From assembly GCA_964016885.1 (NCBI GenBank), contig CAXHJY010001256.1:34713-98712 (forward strand): 64,000 nucleotides of DNA, given 5' to 3'. Positions 50,353-64,000 of the stretch are shown piece by piece (the first letter of the stretch is position 1; every line of letters starts with the position of its first letter). The stretch is from Eledone cirrhosa (Eukaryota). The translations under genes were made by a program, and so were the position numbers. Below the pieces are notes generated by a model. It saw nothing but the letters and a program-made list of their open reading frames with translations, was not told the origin of the DNA and did not search any database.

Positions 50353-51351
50353 ATATGAAGGCTAAAAAACACTTGTGGATAGTGCAGTTTTAAATCTACA
50401 TATGAAAAGTGGTTTTAGATTGATGTGTGATATTGGGAAAAATATTTTATTTAGAGAGGGGGAGGGGGAGGATGAAAAAGGGGGAGGAGATGAGAGGGAG
50501 AGATGGGTGATAGAGAGAAAGAGATAGCTTTTATAACTGAGAGGAGATATACTGTCCCACACAGAGGTTGAAAACCGTTGGAAGATAATGTATAAACCCC
50601 CCAAAAATTTTTGAAAATCAACGAAAGGAGGATATGTGCGAGGAAAAAGTATTTTATTTAAGGAGGGGGGCTGGAAAGGATGAAAAAAAGGGGGAGGAGA
50701 TGAGAGTGAAGGTGGAGAGGGAGAGATGGGCGATAGAGAGAAAGAGATAGTTTTTATAACTGAGAGAAAGATACATTGTCTTACACAGAGGTTGAGAAAC
50801 CGTTGGAAGATAATGTATAAATTAAAGGAATTTGAAAATTAACGAAGGGAATTTATGTATGAAGATAGAGAGAAGAAATAATAATTGTGGATGAATATTC
50901 TAACGTCAAAAGAAGGGTATGTTGTGGCAATTTCAAAATTAACGAAGAGAAAAATTATTAAGGTTTGTGTGTAGAAGGATTTGAGAAAAATAATGTGAAG
51001 TTAAAGTTTGTATATTGGAGGAATTGATAATATATGCGAATAGAGTTAATATGTATTAAGAATGAGTTCGTTGATGGGGAGAAAAAAAATTAAGGATGAA
51101 ATTGAGATTAAAAAGATTTATGAGAGAGAGAAAAAAATAATGATTGCGGATAAATATTCTAACGTCAAAAAAAACAGATGTATATGTTATGAATGAATTT
51201 ACAAGTGAAGATAGAGTGAGGGTAATGAGTAAACAAGTATTATAGAGTGTATAAAGCCCTTTAAAGTATGGTAGGAAGATGGGTATATTTTAAAGAGGTG
51301 TATGTATATGTGCCTTTGAGAAAAGATTCTAAATTGATAAAGAATTGAATA

Positions 51352-53060
51352 TTAACTGTATACTTTGTGAAAAGTTCTATGGAATTTATGCAGGCAGATA
51401 GAAAACAAATCTGTGCGTCTATTTATTATAGAATTTAGGTTAGAGATAATGGTAAATTTTTCATTTAGGCAGAGATTACAGATTTTAGATAGAGAGCTGT
51501 TCAAGTATGAGGATGCAGAAGAAATCTTCCAAAAGATGGTATATTTAATGTTTTTGTCTTTTAAGGACCATATGAGTTCTGAGAGAGCAGTGTTAGTTCT
51601 TTTAAGTTTGTATTTGAAAGATGAATGATGATTATAGAGACGAGCTTTAAAAGAGGTGGAAGTGGAGCCAAAATAGGTGAAGGAATTGGTGCTAGTTATA
51701 ATTTTACATTAATAAATTAAGTTTTTATCGAGACAATGGTTATTGAGAGGACATTTATTTTTAATGCGGCAGTTGCAATTAGAGAGATTATTAATGAGTG
51801 ATCTAGTGTTATCTATAGAAGGAATTGGATTGGAGAAGTTGTTTGCGATAGGAATAATAGTTTCTTGATTTAGAGTTGGATTATGAACATTTAGCGAAGT
51901 TGTGTTTGACGTTGTATTTGGGTTTACAGAAGTTAGCCTAGGGTTTACAATGACGTCGGGAGTACTATTACTGTTATTATGAAATTCAATATTGGAAGGA
52001 AGAGATTTAGTATTTAGTATTTTATTGTTATGTTTAGAGATGATGTTGGAAATATTGGAGGATGTAGAATACGAAAATTTGATGGTGTGTTTGTTAAATA
52101 TTTTACTATAGATATGTGAGGGAGGGAAGCATTTATTTAAGGCACTAAAAAATAATTTAGGAATATTGTTATTAATAGAGATGGAGAAAGGAGCATTATA
52201 CCAGATTATGTTTTTGTATCTAGGTCTTTTATTAAAATTATTGGAATGGTCATGATTAATTATTCTACTGTAAGTTTTTCTAGAATTTGTTTCTTTACTA
52301 TATTTGATTTTATCTGGATAGCCGGCTTTAGAAAGTGCGTTATTATAGTAATTGGCGTTAGCATCAAAGATGTTTTTATTAGAAGATATGTTAGATATTC
52401 TATTTCCAATATTATTAACTATAGCATTCTTGATATTGGTAGGATGGTTAGATTTAAAGTTAACATAATTAAGGTTCTCATTGTTTTTATGGTAAGGGTA
52501 ATATAGGCCAGTGTCAAGATTAAGAGATACATCCAAGAAATTAGCTAGTTTGATACTATTATCAAATTCAATTTTTAGGTTATGTTGGTTAAAGAGATTA
52601 CGTATATTGTTCTTAATAATATTAAGGTTAACTATATTGCAATTTAGGATAGTAAAGAGTCCATCGTCACGATAAATTCCACCGCGAAGTTGAGGAATTT
52701 TCCGACTCAAAGAGTTCAAAATGAAGATACCAATTAAATCAGTCAATTGGGATGAATCGGATGCTCCCATTGTGATGTCGAAGTTGTTAGAGGTATCGGC
52801 TCTGGTCCAATATTCGTTGTTGAACTCTAGGATGGTTTTACGTGCGGTGAGGATGATGTGAAGTTCATCTGTGGTGATGTCAGAATATTTAAGTGCGAAA
52901 GATAGAGCATTATTGAGAAGTGAAGGCGAAATGGAGGAATAGTAGCTGGCAATATCAAATTGAATAAATTTTAGTTTGTTTTTATTATCCAATTTGTTGA
53001 ACCAGCCAATCACTTCAGAAGTACCAAACCATAAATTTAGGTTCAAAGAAGAGCAAAGAA
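51352..53060 (-). pseudogene. PLE RT-GIY-YIG ORF with one in-frame TAA (51709-51711)
   Basis: FDIASYYSSI, FDITMGA, GIYRDDGL, NFLDVSL, SNHP, CNC..CPL...CL, LIY*...YFGST, FKARLYNH, CNLCLNEK, ICLH; stop at 51352-51354. Confidence 0.88.
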
Positions 53061-53952
53061 GAGCAATTAGAACTAACCTGTGGGATAATTCTATCCAAGA
53101 TGGCTTTACTAACAACCCCCACATATACATCTGTTTTTTTTGACGTTAGAATATTTATCCGCAATCATTATTTTTTTCTCTCTCTCATAAATCTTTTTAA
53201 TCTCAATTTCATCCTTAATTTTTTTTCTCCCCATCAACGAACTCATTCTTAATACATATTAACTCTATTCGCATATATTATCAATTCCTCCAATATACAA
53301 ACTTTAACTTCACATTATTTTTCTCAAATCCTTCTACACACAAACCTTAATAATTTTTCTCTTCGTTAATTTTGAAATTGCCACAACATACCCTTCTTTT
53401 GACGTTAGAATATTCATCCACAATTATTATTTCTTCTCTCTATCTTCATACATAAATTCCCTTCGTTAATTTTCAAATTCCTTTAATTTATACATTATCT
53501 TCCAACGGTTTCTCAACCTCTGTGTAAGACAATGTATCTTTCTCTCAGTTATAAAAACTATCTCTTTCTCTCTATCGCCCATCTCTCCCTCTCCACCTTC
53601 ACTCTCATCCCCCTTTTTTTCATCCTTTCCAGCCCCCCCTCCTTAAATAAAATACTTTTTCCTCGCACATATCCTCCTTTCGTTGATTTTCAAAAATTTT
53701 TGGGGGGTTTATACATTATCTTCCAACGGTTTTCAACCTCTGTGTGGGACAGTATATCTCCTCTCAGTTATAAAAGCTATCTCTTTCTCTCTATCACCCA
53801 TCTCTCCCTCTCATCTCCTCCCCCTTTTTCATCCTCCCCCTCCCCCTCTCTAAATAAAATATTTTTCCCAATATCACACATCAATCTAAAACCACTTTTC
53901 ATATGTAGATTTAAAACTGCACTATCCACAAGTGTTTTTTTAGCCTTCATAT

Positions 53953-54035
53953 CATGTTCTCCTGTTTTATCTGATGAAAACACATATTATTGCATGATGA
54001 TGTTTGTTTTTGAAATGCGCATAATAAAATACATG
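53953..54035 (+). ncRNA. Minimal type I hammerhead ribozyme (inverted-arm copy)
   Basis: CTGATGA 53971-53977, GAAA 54012-54015, palindromic stem III ATGCGCAT, predicted cleavage after AUA at 54023, stem I TGTTTTAT/ATAAAATA. Confidence 0.8.
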
Positions 54036-54057
54036 GAACTCCTTTAACCATCTTTTG

Positions 54058-54127
<70 letters not shown>

Positions 54128-54128
54128 G

Positions 54129-54173
<45 letters not shown>

Positions 54174-54869
54174 CATACACACATATATATATATATATAT
54201 ATATGTACGTATGGATTCAGCGAACATTTATTATAATGCTCGGTGTGTTTGTAAACAAACATCCCGAATTAGCCGTACAGAGTCTAGCAACCATCCTTCA
54301 ACACTGACAAAGGAATGCTGTACTAGTTTCAAGCTTATTAGCTATCGTCAGCAACATATACCTTCCTGCCAGATGATTGAACGTCTGAAAGTATGTACTT
54401 TCCTTATGCATATTAACGGCTGAGCAGCCTAATCTGCATGGCGTCCGACTCTCCCGATACAGCCAATCCACCATCGCTTATATATATACAATATATATAT
54501 ATATATAATATATACATAATATAATATATATATATATTATATATATATAAATATATAAAATATATATATAATATATATAATATAATATATATAATATATA
54601 TATAAATTTATAAAATATATATATAATATATATATATATATTATATATAATATATATATATATATAACGTAATGTACATATTTTTCTTTCATCTACCTCC
54701 ACACTCCTATTTCGTATCAAGTCCAAATAGCCAATCTATTGCTAAAACAATCTACATTTTTTGTTATCATTAATTGTTAGATACGAGAGTTTTTGTCGTA
54801 TTGAACAGAACAAATTTTGTATTTTTGTTAATCGCTTGTTAAATGCAAGGGCCTCATTCAATCATTACC

Positions 54870-56407
54870 TTCTATCTAGCTACCCAACACCCCTCCCTCC
54901 CGCCCCCACGCACCACCATTGCTATTACGTGGACCAATCATAAGCCAGAGCCCCCACGCATCACCAGTATTATTATTACGCGGACCAATCATAAGCCAGA
55001 GGCCTATACTATCGCTTGCCTGGTTGCCTTTCGATATATGATGGATGGATGGACTGCGGAATCCTGGAGAGTGGAGGAGAGAGAGAAAAATCTGGACGCT
55101 CAGCGACAATGCCAAAGATAAAGATAAAGATAAATTCACCTCGTGGACGAGAATGCGAGCACTCCTCATTGTTTCGACCGCGGACGGCTAACATAACCCC
55201 ATCGCCCCACGCCCCCAACCCCCAAACGCAATCCAAAACTTCAGAGTTGGTACCATAAATGTAGGCACCCTAAAGGGTCGCGCTAACGAGGTTGTAGAAA
55301 TGCTTGAACGTAAGGAGGTCGATGTTTGTTGTATTCAAGAGACCAGGTGGAGGGGGTGGGTCTGCTAGATTCATTGAGGGTAAAAAACGATGTTATAAGC
55401 TTTTCTGGGTGGGTGGAGTAGGAATCATGGTAGCAGAAAAGTGGGCAGATAAGATAATAGACGTAAATAGAGTGAACGACAGAATAATTAAAATACGACT
55501 TGTCCTCAATAGAACTACGGTGACAGTAATATCTGCGTACGCACCCCAATCCGGACTGCCCGGCACTATAAAAGACAGATTCTATGAGACACTGATGCTA
55601 ACTACCTCCCAAATATCCGACAGTGACTATATAATTATTGCAGGCGACCTAAATGGTCACGTTGGACAACATTGTGACGGCTACGACGAAATCCATGGAG
55701 GCTATGGGTTTGGTACTAGAAATGAGGAAGGCTCCAGAATCCTGGAATTCTGTGATGCAAATAACCTAACTATCTGTAACACTAACTTCAAAAAACGTGA
55801 CAATCACCTGATCACCTATAGATCCGGGGAACACACAAGCCAGGTAGATTATATCCTTACCAGAAGACGTGACAGAGTGTCTGTTGTAAACACTAAATCC
55901 CTCCCCCATGAAGAATGCACCTCCCAACACAGACTGCTAATTAGCGACCTCATAGTCAGGACGAGACGTACTCGACAGCAGAAGAGGACTATCCTCAGGA
56001 GAAAAATATGGAAGCTAAAGGACCCCACAGCCAGAAATAAATTTCAAAGCATATTACTTGATGCTTTCGACAGTAAGGAAGAACATTTAGAGTCGGACAA
56101 TATAGAGGGACAGTGGGAATTTCTGAAAGCAAACCTGCTGTTGGCGACAGACGAAGTCTGTGGCTGGAGCAGGCCTGTAAACAGGAGGAGAGTAACATGG
56201 TGGTGGAACAGTAAGGTGGAGGGGTCAATTAAGGCCAAAAAGCAGGCTTGGAAAGTATGGCGGGATGGGGGAAGTAGAGAAGACTATCAAGTGGCCAGGA
56301 GGGAAGCTAGGAGACAAGTGTACTTAGCAAGAAGGGAAGCTGAGGAAAGAAAGTTCAAGCATGTTCTACAACGCGATGACCAAAAACGTGAGGTGTTCAG
56401 GATTGCT
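54870..56407 (+). mobile_element. 5' half of RTE subfamily B (5' UTR + APE endonuclease)
   Basis: FRVGTINVGTLKGR, CIQETRW (frameshift near 55350), GDLNGHVG, SQHRLL; truncated at VFRIA; 5' limit uncertain. Confidence 0.88.
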
Positions 56408-56412
56408 ATAAT

Positions 56413-58068
56413 ATCATCATCATCATCAACGTTTAACGTCCGTGTTCCACGCTTGCATGGGTTTGGACGGGGGTAGTCCCACTTGAGGCAAGAGTGATTG
56501 TCTTGCTCGCATAGGACTGTCTGGCAGGTTTTCTACAGTTGGATGCCCTTCCTAACACCAACCACATTTACAGTGTGGGTCTGGGAGGTTTTTACCGTGT
56601 TGCCTACACGGCCACATTACAGCGTGGACTGTGTGTTTTTTGTCGTGACACCTACACGATCTCATTTGTTTCGGCCTGGATGGTGTGGCACCAACACAAC
56701 TTTACATAGAACGGGGTGGCGTGGATGGGGTGGGGGTGGTGGGACGGGGGGGGGGGGGGTATTTTGTTAGAGATGCCTACTGGCTGTAGTAGGTTTTACT
56801 ATGTATTTAGGTAAGGCGGGTCTTCTGTTACTGAGTACCGCCAAAGGTCTCGGTCCAGTGACATTGTCTTGGAGAGGTGTAAGTGTGTGAGGTCGGAGTT
56901 TATCAGCTCGTCCCAGGTTTTTCTAGGTCTGCCTATTCCGTGGCTACCGTCTATCTTTATTGCCCTGCACTTTGTTATACAGCTATCGACTTTCATGCGC
57001 GTCACGTGTCCATACCAACGTAGCCTTCTCTCGAGTAAACAACATCTGATCCCTCTTATTTCTAATTTTTTCCTTAGTTCGTTTATGCTTTGCCGTTCAC
57101 GTATATTACTGTTACACATCCAGCGGAGCATGCAAGCTTCGTTCCTCTCTAGTCTGCGTATATCCTCTGCACACAATGCCCAGGTCTCACTGCCATGCAA
57201 CATTGCTGTTCGTATGCAGGCATCGTACAACCTGCCTTTCATTTTTAGGGAGAACCCTTTAGCAGCTAATAGTGGTATAAGCTCTCTGAACTTTTTCCAA
57301 CCAGTTCTGACTCTAGCTACTGTACTTTCAGAGCACCCTCCCCCACTGCTGATTTTATCACCCAGGTAACGGAAACTGTCCACTATTTCTATAGAACCCT
57401 CTGCGCAATTGAAAGAGCTAGTATTTTGTGGGCACTTGCTGCTACTTATTGCACCAGAGCACCGGCCACATGTAAAATCTATGTTCTTAGTTATCTTACC
57501 TGTGATCCCACTACATCTTTTATGCACCCATACTTTGCATTTAGGACATAAAATGGAGTTTCTACCTACGCCTTTCCTACACACCGAGCACGACCATTTC
57601 CCAGAAGGGACCGCCGCCTTATTTTCTTTCCTACAAACTAGAACTTTAGTCTTAGCCAGGTTAATGTTAAGGCCTTTTGATTCTAGGCCGTGCTTCCATG
57701 TTTGGAATTTCTTCTCTAGCTCGGCCATTGATTCCGCTATGAGTGTCAGGTCGTCTGCGTATAGGAGTTCCCATGGGCAGCCGGTCTTGAACTCCTATTA
57801 TAGCCTGAAGGGCAATAATAAATAGTAGGGGGCTGAGAACAGAGCCCTGATGGACGCCAACTTTTACGCTAAACTCTTCACTATATTCGTTAAGTCTAAT
57901 CTTGCTGACTGTTTCTTTATACATGGCTTGTATAGCTCTCACAAGCCATTCGTCAACGCCTAGTTTTCTAAGAGCCCACCAGATAATGGAGCGGGGGACT
58001 GTCGAAGGCTTTCTCCAAGTCGACAAAAGCTAAGTAGAGGGGTTTACCTTTAGCTCGGTACTTCTCCT
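56413..58068 (-). mobile_element. RTE subfamily B 3' half, opposite orientation
   Basis: RT motifs with frameshifts, PHD finger, (GAT)n tail at 56413. Confidence 0.92.
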
Positions 58069-59317
58069 ATATAACATATATATATAACATATATAACATA
58101 TATATATATATATATATAACATATATATAACATATATATATATATCATATATATAACATATATATATATATATATATAATATATATAACATATATATATA
58201 TATATATAATATATATAACATATATATATATATATATATAATATATATAACATATATATATATATATAATATATATATAACATATATATATATATATATA
58301 ATATATATATAACATATATATATATATATATATAATATATATATAACATATATATATATATATATATAATATATATATAACATATATATATATATATATA
58401 TAATATATATATAACATATATATATATATATATATAAATATATATAACATATATATATATATATATATAATATATATATAACATATATATATATATAATA
58501 TATATATAACATATATATATATATATAATATATATATAACATATATAATATATATATATAACATATATATATATATATAATATATATATATAACATATAT
58601 ATATATATATAATATATATATAACATATATATATATATATATAATATATATATAACATATATATATATATATATAATATATATATAACATATATATATAT
58701 ATATAATATATATAACATATATATATATATATATAATATATATATAACATATATATATATATATATAATATATATATAACATATATATATATATATAATA
58801 TATATAACATATATATATATATATAATATATATAACATATATATATATATATAATATATATAACATATATATATATAATATATATATAACATATATATAT
58901 ATATAATATATATATAACATATATATATATATAATATATATATAACATATTATATATATATAATATATATATAACATATATATATATATAATATATATAT
59001 AACATATATATATATATATATAATATATATATAACATATATATATATATAATATATATATAACATATATATATATATATAATATATATATAACATATATA
59101 TATATATATATAATATATATATAACATATATATATATATATAATATATATATATATATAATATATATATAACATATATATATATATATATATAATATATA
59201 TATAACATATATATATATATATATAATATATATATAACATATATATATATATATATATAATATATATAACATATATATATATATATATATATAATATATA
59301 TATAACATATATATAAC

Positions 59318-59355
<38 letters not shown>

Positions 59356-59538
59356 ACATATATATAACATATATATATATATATATATAACATATATATA
59401 ACATATATATATATATATATATAACATATATATAACATATATATATATATATATAACATATATATAACATATATATATATATTATATATATATATATATA
59501 ACATATATATATATATATATATATAACATATATATAAC

Positions 59539-59575
<37 letters not shown>

Positions 59576-60455
59576 AACATATATATATATATATATATAT
59601 ATATAACATATATATATATATATATAATATATATAACATATATATATATATATAATATATATATAACATATATATATATATATAATATATATATAACATA
59701 TATATATATATATATAATATATATATAACATATATATATATATATAATATATATATTAACATATATATATATATATATAATATATATATAACATATATAT
59801 ATATATATAATATATATATAACATATATATATATATATATAATATATATAACATATATATATATATATAATATATATATAACATATATATATATATATAT
59901 AATATATATATAACATATATATATATATATAATATATATATAACATATATATATATATATAATATATATATAACATATATATATATATATATATAATATA
60001 TATATAACATATATATATATATATATATATAATATATATATAACATATATATATATATATATATATAATATATATATAACATATATATATATATAATATA
60101 TATATAACATATATATAACATATATATATATAATATATATATAACATATATATAACATATATATATATATAATATATATATAACATATATATAACATATA
60201 TATATATATAATATATATATAACATATATATAACATATATATATATATAATATATATATAACATATATATATATATAATATATATATAACATATATATAT
60301 ATATAATATATATATAACATATATATATATATAATATATATATAACATATATATATATATATATAACATATATATAACATATATATATATATATATATAA
60401 CATATATATATATATATATATATATAACATATATATATATATATATAACATATAT

Positions 60456-60545
<90 letters not shown>

Positions 60546-60647
60546 ACATATATATAACATATATATATAATATATATATAACATATATATATATATAAAT
60601 ATAATATATATATAACATATATATATATATAAATATAATATATATAT

Positions 60648-60686
<39 letters not shown>

Positions 60687-60689
60687 TAT

Positions 60690-60728
<39 letters not shown>

Positions 60729-60731
60729 TAT

Positions 60732-60774
<43 letters not shown>

Positions 60775-60901
60775 TATATAACATATATATATATATATAT
60801 ATAATATATATATAACATATATATATATATATATATATAATATATATATAGTGTATATATAATATATATATAATATATATATAACATATATATATATATA
60901 T
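58069..60901. repeat. About 2.8-kb compound (TA)n microsatellite with TAAC/TAA interruptions
   Basis: Direct inspection. Confidence 0.97.
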
Positions 60902-61893
60902 TGCCCACAAAATACTAGCTCTTTCAATTGCGCAGAGGGTTCTATAGAAATAGTGGACAGCTTCCGTTACCTGGGCGATAAAATCAGCAGTGGGGGGAGG
61001 GTGCCTCTGAAAGTACTGTAGCTAGAGTCAGAACTGGTTGGAAAAAGTTCAGAGAGCTTATACCACTATTAGCTGCTAAAGGGTTCTCCCTAAAAATGAA
61101 AGGCAGGTTGTACGATGCCTGCATACGAACAGCAATGTTGCATGGTAGTGAGACCTGGGGCATTGTGTGCAGAGGATATACGCAGACTAGAGAGGAACGA
61201 AGCTTGCATGCTCCGCTGGATGTGTAACAGTAATATACGTGAACGGCAAAGCATAAACGAACTCAGGAAAAAAATTAGAGATAAGAGGGATCAGATGTTG
61301 TTTACCTCGAGAGAAGGCTGCGTTGGTATGGACACGTGATGCGCATGAAAGTCGATAGCTGTATTACAAAGTGCAGGGCAATAAAGATAGACGGTAGCCA
61401 CGGAATAGGCAGACCTAGAAAAACATGGGATGAGCTGATAAACTCCGACCTCACACACTTACACCTCTCCAAGACAATGTCACTGGACCGTGACCTTTGG
61501 CGGTACTCAGTAACAGAGAAGACCCCGCCTTGCCAGTAGGCATCTCTAACAAAATACACCCCTCCCGCCGCCACCCCCACCCCATCCACACCACCCCGTT
61601 CTATGTAAAGTTATGTTGGTGCCGCAACATCCAGGCCGAAACAAATGAGATCGTGTAGGTGTCACGACAAAAAAACACGGTAATGTGGCCGTGTAGGCAA
61701 CACGGTAAAAACCTCCCAGACCCACACTGTAAATGTGGTTGGTGTTAGGAAGGGCATCCAACTGTAGAAAACCTGCCAGACAGTCCTATGCGAGCAAGAC
61801 AATCACTCTTGCCTCAAGTGGGACTACCCCCGTCCAAACCCATGCAAGCGTGGAACACGGACGTTAAACGTTGATGATGATGATGATGATGAT
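60902..61893 (+). mobile_element. 5'-truncated RTE subfamily B copy
   Basis: Near-identical to the reverse complement of 56413-57434. Confidence 0.92.
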
Positions 61894-62073
61894 AATATAT
61901 ATATAGTGTATATATATATATAATATAATATATATATATAATATATATATAATATAATATATATATAATATAATATATATATAATATATATATAATATAA
62001 TATATATATAATATATTTATAATATAATATATATATAATATATATATAATATATATATAATATAATATATATA

Positions 62074-63141
62074 CCGAACTAGAGAAGAAATTCCAAACGT
62101 GGAAGCACGGCCTAGAATCAAAAGGCCTTAAAATTAACCTGGCTAAGACTAAAGTTCTAGTTTGTAGGAAAGAAAAATAGCCGCTAGAGGGTTCTCCCTA
62201 AAAATGAAAGGCAGGTTATACGATGCCTGCATACGAACAGCAATGCTGCATGGCAGTGAGACCTGGGCATTGTGTGCAGAGGATATACGCAGACTAGAGA
62301 GGAACGAAGCTTGCATGCTCCGCTGGATGTGCAATAGTAATATACGTGAACGGCAAAGCATAAACGAACTAAGGAAAAAATTAGAATAAGAGGGATCAGA
62401 TGTTGTTTACTCGAGAGAAGGCTACGTTGGTACGGTCACGTGATGCGCATGAAAGACGACAGCTGTATAACAAAGTGCAGGGCAATAAAGATAGACGGTA
62501 GCCACGGAGTAGGCAGACCCAGAAAAACATGGACGAGCTGATAAATTCCGACCTCACACGCTTACACCTCTCCAAGACAATGTCACTGGACCGAGACCTT
62601 TGGCGGTACTCAGTAATAGAGAAGACCCCGCCTTACCTAAATACAAAGTAAAACCCTACTACAGTCAGTAGGCATCTCTATCAAAACACACCCCGTCCCA
62701 CCACCCTCCACCCCACCCACACCGCCCCTTTCAATGTAAAGTTATGTTGGTCCCACAACATCCAGGCCGAAACAAATGAGATCGTGTAGGTGTCACGACA
62801 AAAAAACACACAGTCCACGCTGTAATGTGGCCGTGTAGGCAACACGGTAAAAACCTCCCAGGACCCACACTGTAAATGTGGTTGGTGTTAGGAAGGGCAT
62901 CCAACTGTAGAAAACCTGCCAGACAGTCCACGCTGTAATGTGGCCGTGTAGGCAACACGGTAAAAACCTCCCAGCCCCACACTGTAAATGTGGTTGGTGT
63001 TAGGAAGGGCATCCAACTGTAGAAAACCCGCCAGACAGTCCTATGCGAGCAAGACAACCACTCTTGCCTCAAGTGGGAAAACCCCCGTCCAAACCCATGC
63101 AAGCGTGGAACACGGACGCTAAACCTGATGATGATGATGAT
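62074..63141 (+). mobile_element. 5'-truncated RTE subfamily B copy with internal deletion and duplicated 3' UTR segment
   Basis: PHD region deleted near 62180; about 113-bp tandem duplication in 62811-63040. Confidence 0.9.
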
Positions 63142-63558
63142 AATATATATATAGTGTATATATATATATATATAATATATATATAGTGTATATATATATA
63201 TATATAATATATATATAGTGTATATATATATATATATAATATATATATAGTGTATATATATATATATATAATATATATATAGTGTATATATATATATATA
63301 ATATATATATAGTGTATATATATATATATAATATATATATAGTGTATATATATATATATATAATATATATATAGTATATATATATATATATATAATATAT
63401 ATATAGTGTATATATATATATATATAATATATATATAGTATATATATATATATATATAATATATATATAGTATATATATATATATAATATATATATAGTG
63501 TATATATATATATATAATATATATATAGTATATATATATATATATAATATATATATAG

Positions 63559-63589
<31 letters not shown>

Positions 63590-63612
63590 TATATATATAT
63601 AATATATATATA

Positions 63613-63648
<36 letters not shown>

Positions 63649-63701
63649 TATATATATATATAATATATATATAGTATATATATATATATAATATATATAT
63701 A

Positions 63702-63737
<36 letters not shown>

Positions 63738-64000
63738 TATATATATATATAATATATATATAGTATATATATATATATAATATATATATAGTATATATAT
63801 ATATATATAAATATATATATAGTATATATATATAAATATATATATAGTATATATATATATATATATATACTATATATATATTTATATATATATACTATAT
63901 ATATATTTATATATATATATATATACTATATATATATATATATATATAGTATATATATAATATATATATATATAATATATATATATATATATTATATATA
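63142..64000. repeat. Compound (TA)n with periodic TAGTGTA/TAGTA interruptions
   Basis: Direct inspection. Confidence 0.95.

Larger units (their letters stand above)
50241..54066 (-). mobile_element. Penelope-like element (Naiad-like), 5'-truncated, with inverted pseudo-LTR arms
   Basis: RT + GIY-YIG on minus strand; arms 50241-51187 and 53121-54066 are near-perfect inverted copies; flanked by (TA)n. Confidence 0.9.

Noticed and set aside
51352-53130. Possible selenoprotein-encoding Naiad element
   Set aside because: The only in-frame stop is TAA, not TGA, and no convincing SECIS was seen
54417-54476. Possible HDV-like ribozyme upstream of RTE-B
   Set aside because: GGCTG/CAGCC can pair, but P1.1, P3-L3 and J4/2 could not be assembled
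58030-60927. Long Ile/Tyr-rich ORFs (280-652 aa)
   Set aside because: Artefacts of translating (TA)n microsatellite

Overview
AT-rich, repeat-dense eukaryotic DNA. The RTE/CR1 LINEs, tRNA-derived SINEs and very long (TA)n tracts are consistent with an octopus or other coleoid cephalopod (inference). (1) 48-10053 (+): the last nine coding exons of an OCRL/INPP5B-type inositol 5-phosphatase (ASH + RhoGAP-like domains). Two of its introns are minor-spliceosome (U12) introns, one AT-AC and one rare AT-AG. (2) A possible convergent minus-strand gene of very small exons ending near 13.9 kb, unidentified. (3) A near-intact full-length RTE LINE (about 16.0-19.7 kb) with a PHD-type finger inside the RT-containing ORF and a covarying, pseudoknot-rich 3' UTR shared with a second RTE subfamily and a SINE. 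(4) A Penelope-like element (Naiad-like RT + GIY-YIG) at 50.2-54.1 kb with inverted pseudo-LTRs, each carrying a minimal type I hammerhead ribozyme. (5) Gypsy, CR1, Tx1-like and CRE-like relics, solo-LTR-like repeats, piggyBac-like MITEs, minisatellites and (TA)n seas holding several young RTE copies. Most ORFs in the supplied track are TE fragments or microsatellite artefacts. All calls were made by eye, without database searches.
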